From contig CAZNWG010000004.1 in the NCBI GenBank assembly GCA_964576905.1, positions 1 through 43,715 on the forward strand: a stretch of DNA of 43,715 nt. The letters run 5' to 3'. Shown piece after piece: positions 26,268 through 34,106 of this stretch. Position 1 is the stretch's first letter. The number at the start of each line of letters is the position of its first letter. The notes below the pieces were generated by a model that did no database searches, was not told the DNA's origin, and saw only the letters and a program-made list of their open reading frames with translations. The stretch is from an uncultured Candidatus Saccharibacteria bacterium (GTDB taxonomy: Bacteria > Patescibacteriota > Minisyncoccia > Phycocordibacterales > UBA918). A program made the position numbers and the translations under genes.

Positions 26268-29200
26268 TGCAGTACTCCCGCCCACATGTATACACAACAC
26301 TGCGCACAGTGTTCTTTGTGTGTGTTTCAGTGGTCAGTGTTCTCGCGTTTTTTGAGGTGGCGCACCTCCTTGATGGCGCACACTATGCTAAAAAAGTGGT
26401 AAGTGAAATGGCGCCCGAGAAGGCGCTCGCAGTGTATCAATTCTCCCCCACCTCCGGCACTGTCATAACCGGCACTGCCACCACGACCATAGGCCCCACG
26501 CACACCGACTCTTGGAAAGCCACCTTGGGTAATGAATCCGGTACCAACGGTGCCGGCAACTATTGGACCATCGCTCGTACCGCATCAGGCCTCGACGTGC
26601 AACTCCAATTTGATGGAGTGGAACTCCAGGGTGCCAACAAACTTCTCATCACCATGGAGGACACCAATCAAAACACCGCCTCTGCATACGTCCACCAGAT
26701 ATGTGACTGGATATCAAATACAAGTGTCGACAATGAAGCCGACGCACAGTGCACCGGTGGTGGGTGGCGCACGCTCCAACCCCGCAAGACCGCTTATACC
26801 ACGAACAACACCGACACCAATCGTGTGTATGAAATATACGACGGATACTTTAGTACCCGTGTCACCACCCCCGGCACTTCCATTGCAACACCACTCACCA
26901 ACTTTGTGGATACCACAAGCAAGCGTGTCCTCATCCGCGCCTCTTCCACCGTCTCGGGGACACAGGAGATACGCATCGACTACGCACGCGTGGAAGTGGC
27001 CATTGACTCTTTCTATGAACCCTCAGGATTCGCGACCACCTCTGCTGGCGCCACCACCAACTACCTCTCCGACCTCGTCGGTGCAGTCTCCACCAATCTC
27101 ACCGGCTCTGATGGAAACAAACTTACCATTCCTATGGTCGGCGCGTCGCAGGCCGCAGATTTCAACTTCACCTTCGGAAACGTGAAGACCCTCACCGGTA
27201 TGAACACCATCCACGTGGTACCTGAAATCTGTGTCTCGAACGTCGCGCTCCAATTCAACATCTACCTCTATAACTACAACACCGACACGTGGACGCGAGG
27301 CGGTGCGACAACGACGAGTACCGCCTGTGCCACCGACACCGAATACGGCTTCTCCTTCAACGACACCTTCGTCCCCGGGTTTGTCATGAGTGACCACATT
27401 GAAAACGGGGAAGTGAAGGTACGCTTTGTCACCAGTTCTACCTCCGTTGCATACAACATGCAGTTTGACCGCATCTACCTCATGGTGGGTGCGGTGAATG
27501 ACGATACATCGCAGTGCGAGATCAGCTGGGGAAGTGGCACCGCGACCAACTGTGACCGTACCCGCTCCATGGGTGAGGGTATTGCTGCTACTCCCACGAC
27601 GACCACGTGGCAATCCACTGTGGTACTCGAGTATCCTGCAGACCATCACTCGCAAGACAATGACGACGATGCGACAAACGGTGAGTACGCGCAGTCGATG
27701 AATCTCTCGTTTCCCATGCGGGTAGCCTCGAATACTGCTATTACGGGGACACACTACGCGGTGAAGTTCCGCTCGGGTACCACGACGATTACCAATGATG
27801 TCCAACTCAACAAATATGGTGGCGCTTCGGGTTTGGGTGGTGAAGCTGCAGGGTCGGGATGGATAAACACTCCCGGTACCGACACGAACGCCTCCCTCAC
27901 CTACAGCTACTTCGACACCTGGCGTCTCGCGGAACTCGAAGCATCCCCTGAAGACACCGTCGACACGGTGAACGACCGCATGAACCTGCGTCTCCGTACC
28001 TCGGCATCTACCAACATCGCCGGCGGTACCACGAACGACTGGGACTTTGCGATGGTGGGGGTGCGGTGGGTGGAAGAACCGAAGCGCGTTACCGTGACCA
28101 CACAATTCTCCCCCACCTCCGGCACTGTCATAACCGGCACTGCCACCACGACCATAGGCCCCACGCACACCGACTCTTGGAAAGCCACCTTGGGTAATGA
28201 ATCCGGTACCAACGGTGCCGGCAACTATTGGACCATCGCTCGTACCGCATCAGGCCTCGACGTGCAACTCCAATTTGATGGAGTGGAACTCCAGGGTGCC
28301 AACAAACTTCTCATCACCATGGAGGACACCAATCAAAACACCGCCTCTGCATACGTCCACCAGATATGTGACTGGATATCAAATACAAGTGTCGACAATG
28401 AAGCCGACGCACAGTGCACCGGTGGTGGGTGGCGCACGCTCCAACCCCGCAAGACCGCTTATACCACGAACAACACCGACACCAATCGTGTGTATGAAAT
28501 ATACGACGGATACTTTAGTACCCGTGTCACCACCCCCGGCACTTCCATTGCAACACCACTCACCAACTTTGTGGATACCACAAGCAAGCGTGTCCTCATC
28601 CGCGCCTCTTCCACCGTCTCGGGGACACAGGAGATACGCATCGACTACGCACGCGTGGAAGTGGCCATTGACTCTTTCTATGAACCCTCAGGATTCGCGA
28701 CCACCTCTGCTGGCGCCACCACCAACTACCTCTCCGACCTCGTCGGTGCAGTCTCCACCAATCTCACCGGCTCTGATGGAAACAAACTTACCATTCCTAT
28801 GGTCGGCGCGTCGCAGGCCGCAGATTTCAACTTCACCTTCGGAAACGTGAAGACCCTCACCGGTATGAACACCATCCACGTGGTACCTGAAATCTGTGTC
28901 TCGAACGTCGCGCTCCAATTCAACATCTACCTCTATAACTACAACACCGACACGTGGACGCGAGGCGGTGCGACAACGACGAGTACCGCCTGTGCCACCG
29001 ACACCGAATACGGCTTCTCCTTCAACGACACCTTCGTCCCCGGGTTTGTCATGAGTGACCACATTGAAAACGGGGAAGTGAAGGTACGCTTTGTCACCAG
29101 TTCTACCTCCGTTGCATACAACATGCAGTTTGACCGCATCTACCTCATGGTGGGTGCGGTGAATGACGATACATCGCAGTGCGAGATCAGCTGGGGAAGT

Positions 29201-30238
29201 GGCACCGCGACCAACTGTGACCGTACCCGCTCCATGGGTGAGGGTATTGCTGCTACTCCCACGACGACCACGTGGCAATCCACTGTGGTACTCGAGTATC
29301 CTGCAGACCATCACTCGCAAGACAATGACGACGATGCGACAAACGGTGAGTACGCGCAGTCGATGAATCTCTCGTTTCCCATGCGGGTAGCCTCGAATAC
29401 TGCTATTACGGGGACACACTACGCGGTGAAGTTCCGCTCGGGTACCACGACGATTACCAATGATGTCCAACTCAACAAATATGGTGGCGCTTCGGGTTTG
29501 GGTGGTGAAGCTGCAGGGTCGGGATGGATAAACACTCCCGGTACCGACACGAACGCCTCCCTCACCTACAGCTACTTCGACACCTGGCGTCTCGCGGAAC
29601 TCGAAGCATCCCCTGAAGACACCGTCGACACGGTGAACGACCGCATGAACCTGCGTCTCCGTACCTCGGCATCTACCAACATCGCCGGCGGTACCACGAA
29701 CGACTGGGACTTTGCGATGGTGGGGGTGCGGTGGGTGGAGAAAAATCCCTCACAGTACATTGCCTTTAGGTTATCTGATAATTCGGTGGGTCTCGGTACA
29801 CTTTCTCCCGGTGAGACACGCTACGCAACAGGGAACCTCTTCGGTACTACAACCGACAGTGAAGCCCACACTATTTCGGTGAGTACCAATGCTGTTGCGG
29901 GCTACGTGGTGACTCTTGATGGTGCAACGCTTACCTGTGCGGGATGTGGCGGAGCGACTTTGACTCCCATAGGGAACACCGCAACCACCGCACTTCCGGG
30001 GACAGAGCAGTTTGGCGTCCGCTACACGCTCCTCTCGGGTACCGGTACGACTACGGCACCCTACGACACATCACTCTACGCATTTGATACTGCGAGTTTC
30101 CCTGACGCGGTTATGAGTGGTCTCGGAGACAGTTACACCTCGGTTTTTGGCGCCCACTACCTAGGAAACGTGACCAACGAAACTGAACCGGGCACCTATA
30201 TGGGGACGGTGACGTACACCGTGACAAGTACGTACTAG
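26264..30238 (+). CDS. Giant surface protein: N-terminal TM/signal, two identical 555-aa modules, and a C-terminal WxL-like (Tyr-variant) domain
   Basis: This is a single uninterrupted 1324-aa ORF. It has an internal perfect repeat, and its C-terminal ~160 aa are homologous to the C-terminus of the next gene. Confidence 0.8.
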   Translation: MMQYSRPHVYTTLRTVFFVCVSVVSVLAFFEVAHLLDGAHYAKKVVSEMAPEKALAVYQFSPTSGTVITGTATTTIGPTHTDSWKATLGNESGTNGAGNYWTIARTASGLDVQLQFDGVELQGANKLLITMEDTNQNTASAYVHQICDWISNTSVDNEADAQCTGGGWRTLQPRKTAYTTNNTDTNRVYEIYDGYFSTRVTTPGTSIATPLTNFVDTTSKRVLIRASSTVSGTQEIRIDYARVEVAIDSFYEPSGFATTSAGATTNYLSDLVGAVSTNLTGSDGNKLTIPMVGASQAADFNFTFGNVKTLTGMNTIHVVPEICVSNVALQFNIYLYNYNTDTWTRGGATTTSTACATDTEYGFSFNDTFVPGFVMSDHIENGEVKVRFVTSSTSVAYNMQFDRIYLMVGAVNDDTSQCEISWGSGTATNCDRTRSMGEGIAATPTTTTWQSTVVLEYPADHHSQDNDDDATNGEYAQSMNLSFPMRVASNTAITGTHYAVKFRSGTTTITNDVQLNKYGGASGLGGEAAGSGWINTPGTDTNASLTYSYFDTWRLAELEASPEDTVDTVNDRMNLRLRTSASTNIAGGTTNDWDFAMVGVRWVEEPKRVTVTTQFSPTSGTVITGTATTTIGPTHTDSWKATLGNESGTNGAGNYWTIARTASGLDVQLQFDGVELQGANKLLITMEDTNQNTASAYVHQICDWISNTSVDNEADAQCTGGGWRTLQPRKTAYTTNNTDTNRVYEIYDGYFSTRVTTPGTSIATPLTNFVDTTSKRVLIRASSTVSGTQEIRIDYARVEVAIDSFYEPSGFATTSAGATTNYLSDLVGAVSTNLTGSDGNKLTIPMVGASQAADFNFTFGNVKTLTGMNTIHVVPEICVSNVALQFNIYLYNYNTDTWTRGGATTTSTACATDTEYGFSFNDTFVPGFVMSDHIENGEVKVRFVTSSTSVAYNMQFDRIYLMVGAVNDDTSQCEISWGSGTATNCDRTRSMGEGIAATPTTTTWQSTVVLEYPADHHSQDNDDDATNGEYAQSMNLSFPMRVASNTAITGTHYAVKFRSGTTTITNDVQLNKYGGASGLGGEAAGSGWINTPGTDTNASLTYSYFDTWRLAELEASPEDTVDTVNDRMNLRLRTSASTNIAGGTTNDWDFAMVGVRWVEKNPSQYIAFRLSDNSVGLGTLSPGETRYATGNLFGTTTDSEAHTISVSTNAVAGYVVTLDGATLTCAGCGGATLTPIGNTATTALPGTEQFGVRYTLLSGTGTTTAPYDTSLYAFDTASFPDAVMSGLGDSYTSVFGAHYLGNVTNETEPGTYMGTVTYTVTSTY
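26438..28102 (+). repeat. Tandem repeat unit 1 (1665 bp, 555 codons)
   Basis: 26438-28074 is identical to 28103-29739. All frames give identical peptides in the ORF track, and I spot-checked the nucleotide lines. Confidence 0.95.
28103..29739 (+). repeat. Tandem repeat unit 2 (lacks the last 28 bp of the unit)
   Basis: The offset is exactly 1665 bp. Identity ends at ...gtgggtgga, followed by agaacc in copy 1 and gaaaaa in copy 2. Confidence 0.95.
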
Positions 30239-30260
30239 ATTGTTTTTAAGTTTTACACAG

Positions 30261-30294
30261 GCGCGGTCAATTTTTATGCAAAAATTGACCGCGC
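30261..30294 (+). other. Perfect 15-bp-stem hairpin (4-nt loop) without a U-tract, between the giant and small subunit genes
   Basis: The sequence is gcgcggtcaattttt-atgc-aaaaattgaccgcgc. Confidence 0.7.
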
Positions 30295-30386
30295 GCAAGG
30301 TACAATACATCTATATTAGTGAGGGAATTTATTTCTAATAATTTATTTTTTGTATGCGTAGTATCGGAATAGAAGTGGGAGGAAAA

Positions 30387-31418
30387 ATGACCGTAGCGGT
30401 GCTCATGACTGCAGTAGTGCTACTCAGCTGTATCGGTGTGCGCGTTTCGTATGCGGCATCAATCACCTCAGCGTCAGACACCATGTCTTCACAAAAGGTG
30501 AACGCCTCGTCTTCACACGTACTTCGCTTTGTGACCCCCACCGGAGCGTCGGACAACACTGACACCATCATCATCACATTCCCCTCAGATTTTAACTTCA
30601 CCGGAAAAAATATCTCTTCACTTTCCTTCACGCACGGCCCTTCGACCGGTCTTGAAACTACCGAAACTCTCGCGGGGAGCGCCACGGCAGGTAGTTGGGG
30701 TGCCGCTTTTTCAGGTACCCAAAATCGCATTCTCACACTCACCGCACCAACAGATGGCGTGGGTGCAGGAGCGGTTGCTGCAAGTGACAAAATCATCATC
30801 ACCTACGATGCAACAAGCTCGGTAAACCCAAGTTCCCCAACTACCTATGGTATTGGCATTACGGGTGCGTTTGGCGACTCGGGTACTATAACGGTGAGTA
30901 TTGTGAGCGATGACCAAGTGGCTATCGACGCGACCGTGGCACAATCGATTACGTTTTCTATTTCAGACAATAGTGTGAGTTTTGGAACGCTCACCGCCGG
31001 TGCAGCGCGTTACGCTTCGGGTACCGCTTCCGGTGATACCTCAGAAGTGGAAGCGCACAATGTCATCGTGGGTACCAACGCGGCAAACGGCTACACCATG
31101 ACCGCATCAGGAACGACACTCACCTCCGGAGGCAACACTATCAATCCTATTGGTGCAGCAAACACGGCTTCGGCGATAGGGACTGAACAGTTTGGACTTC
31201 GCATGAACGCGTCTGGTGGTAGCGGTGCGGTTGCCGTACCATACGCTGCGGCAGGTTTTGCATTCGACTCCGCTGCATTCCCCGATGTGGTGGCAAGCTC
31301 TGGTACCGCATCAGCAAACACTACGTATTCAGCACGATACATTGCAAACATTACCTCAAATACAGAAGCGGGAAGCTACACCTCAACGATTACCTATTCG
31401 GCAACGGCCAACTATTAA
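30387..31418 (+). CDS. Small surface subunit with a C-terminal WxL-like (Tyr-variant) domain
   Basis: GGGAGG lies 5 nt upstream of the ATG at 30387. It has the signal peptide MTVAVLMTAVVLLSCIGVRVSYA, and its C-terminal half aligns to the giant protein's C-terminus. Confidence 0.75.
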   Translation: MTVAVLMTAVVLLSCIGVRVSYAASITSASDTMSSQKVNASSSHVLRFVTPTGASDNTDTIIITFPSDFNFTGKNISSLSFTHGPSTGLETTETLAGSATAGSWGAAFSGTQNRILTLTAPTDGVGAGAVAASDKIIITYDATSSVNPSSPTTYGIGITGAFGDSGTITVSIVSDDQVAIDATVAQSITFSISDNSVSFGTLTAGAARYASGTASGDTSEVEAHNVIVGTNAANGYTMTASGTTLTSGGNTINPIGAANTASAIGTEQFGLRMNASGGSGAVAVPYAAAGFAFDSAAFPDVVASSGTASANTTYSARYIANITSNTEAGSYTSTITYSATANY

Positions 31419-31473
31419 CGTTTTTGTACAGGGGTGACGAGTTTAACAGACTGGCGTACAATAAGGCCCATTC

Positions 31474-32430
31474 ATGAAAATACATCAGATATTCATACTT
31501 ATACTCTTCACGCTTTCTCTATGTGCGGTACCAAAGGCTTCCGTATTCGCGCTCACGCTTTCTCCGGTACGTATCGAAATTGCTGGTGATCCCGGCCAAA
31601 CGCTCCATGGTGAAATTGAAATCTACAACGAGCAGTCTGAGCAAAAGACGTTCTATACAACATTTGAAAATTTTGAACCGAGTGGTGAGGACGGGGCACC
31701 TAAGTTTGTGGGCGGTGGAAGCGAACTCGCTACATGGATACAGACAGAAGAAATGGTGATTCTCGCACCAAGTGAGAAGCGTACGGTTGCGTACACCATC
31801 ACCATACCTGAGGGTACTGAACCAGGAGGGTACTTCGGTGCAGTTTTTTTTGGAGGTCAAAACCCCGACACACTCGAGAACGGGGAAGTGTCGGTGGGAG
31901 GGAAGCTCGGTACTCTCGTGCTCCTTACCGTCCGCGGTGACATAAAGGAAGGTGCGGGCATTCTCGATTTTGGAGCAAATATCGGTCGTGTGGGTGTGTA
32001 TCTTCCGATATCATTCAGCTACCGCATGAGTAACGACGGTGCCGATCGTATTGTTCCGCGGGGAGATATTCGCATCACCAATACCTTTGGCATGACCGCC
32101 GTATCTATTCCGGCAAACGAACTTGAGGGGAGTATTTTGCCAGAGAGCGCACGTCGCTTCACGAGTGTATGGGCAGGCACAAATGGACCCGGAGCAGGAT
32201 TTTTTGATGCAGTACGCTATGAATGGGAGAATCTCCACATTGGCTGGTATACAGCGCATGCACGCGTCGCGTGGGGTACGCAGAATGGTGTTTCGACAGC
32301 TCGATACGATTTTCTTCTCATCCCGTGGCATTTACTCGTCGTTTGTATGTTCCTTGGTGTTGCACTTACGTATGGTCTAAATAGATACAACACATGGATC
32401 ATCAAACGTTCGAAAACAAACTCGAAATAG
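31474..32430 (+). CDS. Signal peptide + beta-rich ectodomain + single C-terminal TM anchor (DUF916/DUF3324-like or chaperone-like partner)
   Basis: It begins MKIHQIFILILFTLSLCAVPKASVFA and ends WHLLVVCMFLGVALTYGL followed by a basic tail. It also contains LSPVRIEIAGDPGQTLHGEIEIYN and TITIPEGTEPGGYFGAVFF. Confidence 0.7.
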   Translation: MKIHQIFILILFTLSLCAVPKASVFALTLSPVRIEIAGDPGQTLHGEIEIYNEQSEQKTFYTTFENFEPSGEDGAPKFVGGGSELATWIQTEEMVILAPSEKRTVAYTITIPEGTEPGGYFGAVFFGGQNPDTLENGEVSVGGKLGTLVLLTVRGDIKEGAGILDFGANIGRVGVYLPISFSYRMSNDGADRIVPRGDIRITNTFGMTAVSIPANELEGSILPESARRFTSVWAGTNGPGAGFFDAVRYEWENLHIGWYTAHARVAWGTQNGVSTARYDFLLIPWHLLVVCMFLGVALTYGLNRYNTWIIKRSKTNSK

Positions 32431-33461
32431 GAATTGTTTTCGCTATAGTAGTTGCAGGAATGTTCTTTTACTCTCCCGCAATGCTTTTTGCTGAAGACGT
32501 GGTGCTCGAAGGCCGTGTGCCGGGGTGTGGTGATGGGGTGGTGGAGAGTGGAGAATCATGCGATGGCAGTTCACTCAATGCCCAGTCGTGTACGACACTC
32601 GGCTTTAGTGGTGGGGCACTCGCCTGTGCGCCGACATGCATTTTTGATACGAGTGCCTGCACCATATCGAGCGGAGGGGGAGGTGGGGGCGGTGGTGCAA
32701 GCACAAAGTCTGCAAAGTCACTTGTTGCTTTCGAGGGGAAGGCAATGCCGTTTGGGCATATTACGCTTCTTATAGATGGAGCTATTGTTGCTTCGACCAC
32801 AGCGGATCAGCTCGGACAATTTGCCTTTTCAGCACGAAATCTTCCACGGGGTACGTATCAGTTTGATGTATATGGGACCGATTCGTCTGGGATTCAAACA
32901 GCTTCATATTCACTCCGTTCAACAATAGCGAGCAAATCAGTGCTCAAAATTGAGGGTATTTTTTTGGGACCAAGTATAACTTCCGATATGCTCGAAGTTG
33001 TGCCAAAAAAACCCATTGTATTTTCTGGTTTTGCAGTACCGAATTCGCGAATACTCATAACGCTGAGAGGTGAACAAGGACATACAACCTTCTTTTTTGC
33101 GAGTACAAGCGCAGAGGGGATGTACTCATACACAGTTCAGACAGATATACTGCAGAGAGGATACTATTCTGCGTCCGCACAGTCTTTTCTATTTAATGCA
33201 AGCAGTACACCGAGTCGAACGATATGGGTTCGTATTGGGGATGCCAACATATCTCGTACAGAGACTCAATCGACTTGCCCAGCTCGAGGTGATTTGAATA
33301 GCGATTGCAAAGTAAATCTCACTGATTTCTCGATTCTTATGTTTTGGTTCCGCCAAAGATTGAACAGTGATTTTATCCAACGGGAGAAATCATCCCTTTC
33401 TGGTGATGGTCAGGCTGACCTTGTCGACTTCAGTATACTATTCTTTAATTGGACTGGGTGA
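32394..33461 (+). CDS. Secreted protein: Cys-rich CGDG repeat, Gly8 linker, Ig-like middle region, C-terminal dockerin-like pair
   Basis: It contains CGDGVVESGESCDGSSLNAQSC...CAPTCIFDTSAC, then SSGGGGGGGGAS. The C-terminus has GDLNSDCKVNLTDFSILMFW and GDGQADLVDFSILFFNW. Confidence 0.7.
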   Translation: MDHQTFENKLEIGIVFAIVVAGMFFYSPAMLFAEDVVLEGRVPGCGDGVVESGESCDGSSLNAQSCTTLGFSGGALACAPTCIFDTSACTISSGGGGGGGGASTKSAKSLVAFEGKAMPFGHITLLIDGAIVASTTADQLGQFAFSARNLPRGTYQFDVYGTDSSGIQTASYSLRSTIASKSVLKIEGIFLGPSITSDMLEVVPKKPIVFSGFAVPNSRILITLRGEQGHTTFFFASTSAEGMYSYTVQTDILQRGYYSASAQSFLFNASSTPSRTIWVRIGDANISRTETQSTCPARGDLNSDCKVNLTDFSILMFWFRQRLNSDFIQREKSSLSGDGQADLVDFSILFFNWTG

Positions 33462-33477
33462 AGTGTGTGTATGCACA

Positions 33478-33486
33478 TGATATACT
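33478..33486 (+). promoter_or_regulatory. Extended -10 (TGaTAtAcT) 6 nt before the ATG
   Basis: The sequence reads tgatatact + catcat + ATG(33493). Confidence 0.5.
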
Positions 33487-33492
33487 CATCAT

Positions 33493-34086
33493 ATGATAGT
33501 TATAGATATTGAAGCATCGGGGACTGAATATGCGAAGCATTCGATAGTATCTATTGGCGCACTTGATTTTGAGCATCCAGAAAATCGTTTTTATGAAGAG
33601 TGTCGTATTTGGGAAAACGCACACATCATGGAGGAGGCACTTAATGTGACTGGCTTCACTGAGTCAGAAGTTACCGATGTCACCAAGGTACGCGAAGGGG
33701 AATTAGTACGGCACTTCATGGAATGGTCACAGCATATGAGTGACCGAACGCTTGCGGGACAAAATGTTTCATTTGACCGAGATTTTCTCAAGGCTGCCTG
33801 TGACCGTGAAAACCTGCCATGGGACTTAGCACATCGCACGATTGATACCCATACACTTTGCTACATGCACATGGTAAAGAGAGGACTCACACCACCCATC
33901 GACCCTCAGCACAGGCGTTCCGCACTCAACCTCGACGCCGTGATGAACTACTGTGGCATTCCTGAAGAACCCAAGCCACACAACGCGCTCACAGGCGCTC
34001 TTTCCCACGCTGAGGTTATCTCACGGCTTTTGTACGATAAGAAACTTCTCCCCGAATTTGAACAGTACTCGATTCCGTGGCTGTAA
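33493..34086 (+). CDS. DnaQ-like DEDDh 3'-5' exonuclease domain protein
   Basis: It contains IVIDIEASG, NVSFDRDFL and HNALTGALSHAEV. Confidence 0.8.
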   Translation: MIVIDIEASGTEYAKHSIVSIGALDFEHPENRFYEECRIWENAHIMEEALNVTGFTESEVTDVTKVREGELVRHFMEWSQHMSDRTLAGQNVSFDRDFLKAACDRENLPWDLAHRTIDTHTLCYMHMVKRGLTPPIDPQHRRSALNLDAVMNYCGIPEEPKPHNALTGALSHAEVISRLLYDKKLLPEFEQYSIPWL

Positions 34087-34091
34087 GTACA

Positions 34092-34100
34092 TGTTACAAT
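34092..34100 (+). promoter_or_regulatory. Extended -10 (TGtTAcAAT) 6 nt before the ATG
   Basis: The sequence reads tgttacaat + aacaaa + ATG(34107). Confidence 0.5.
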
Positions 34101-34106
34101 AACAAA

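Noticed and set aside
27023-29470. Long antisense ORFs inside the giant gene (27023-28168, 381 aa; 28688-29470, 260 aa), plus many 60-217-aa ORFs in other frames.
   Set aside because: They are shadow ORFs of a codon-biased, stop-poor coding region. Their products are Arg/Gly/Val-rich low-complexity strings. They appear twice only because the underlying DNA is duplicated. They have no start context.
26438-29739. The possibility that the two long repeats are a DGR template/variable repeat pair.
   Set aside because: The copies are identical rather than differing at adenines. They are 1.6 kb long and in tandem within one ORF. No reverse transcriptase gene is in the window.
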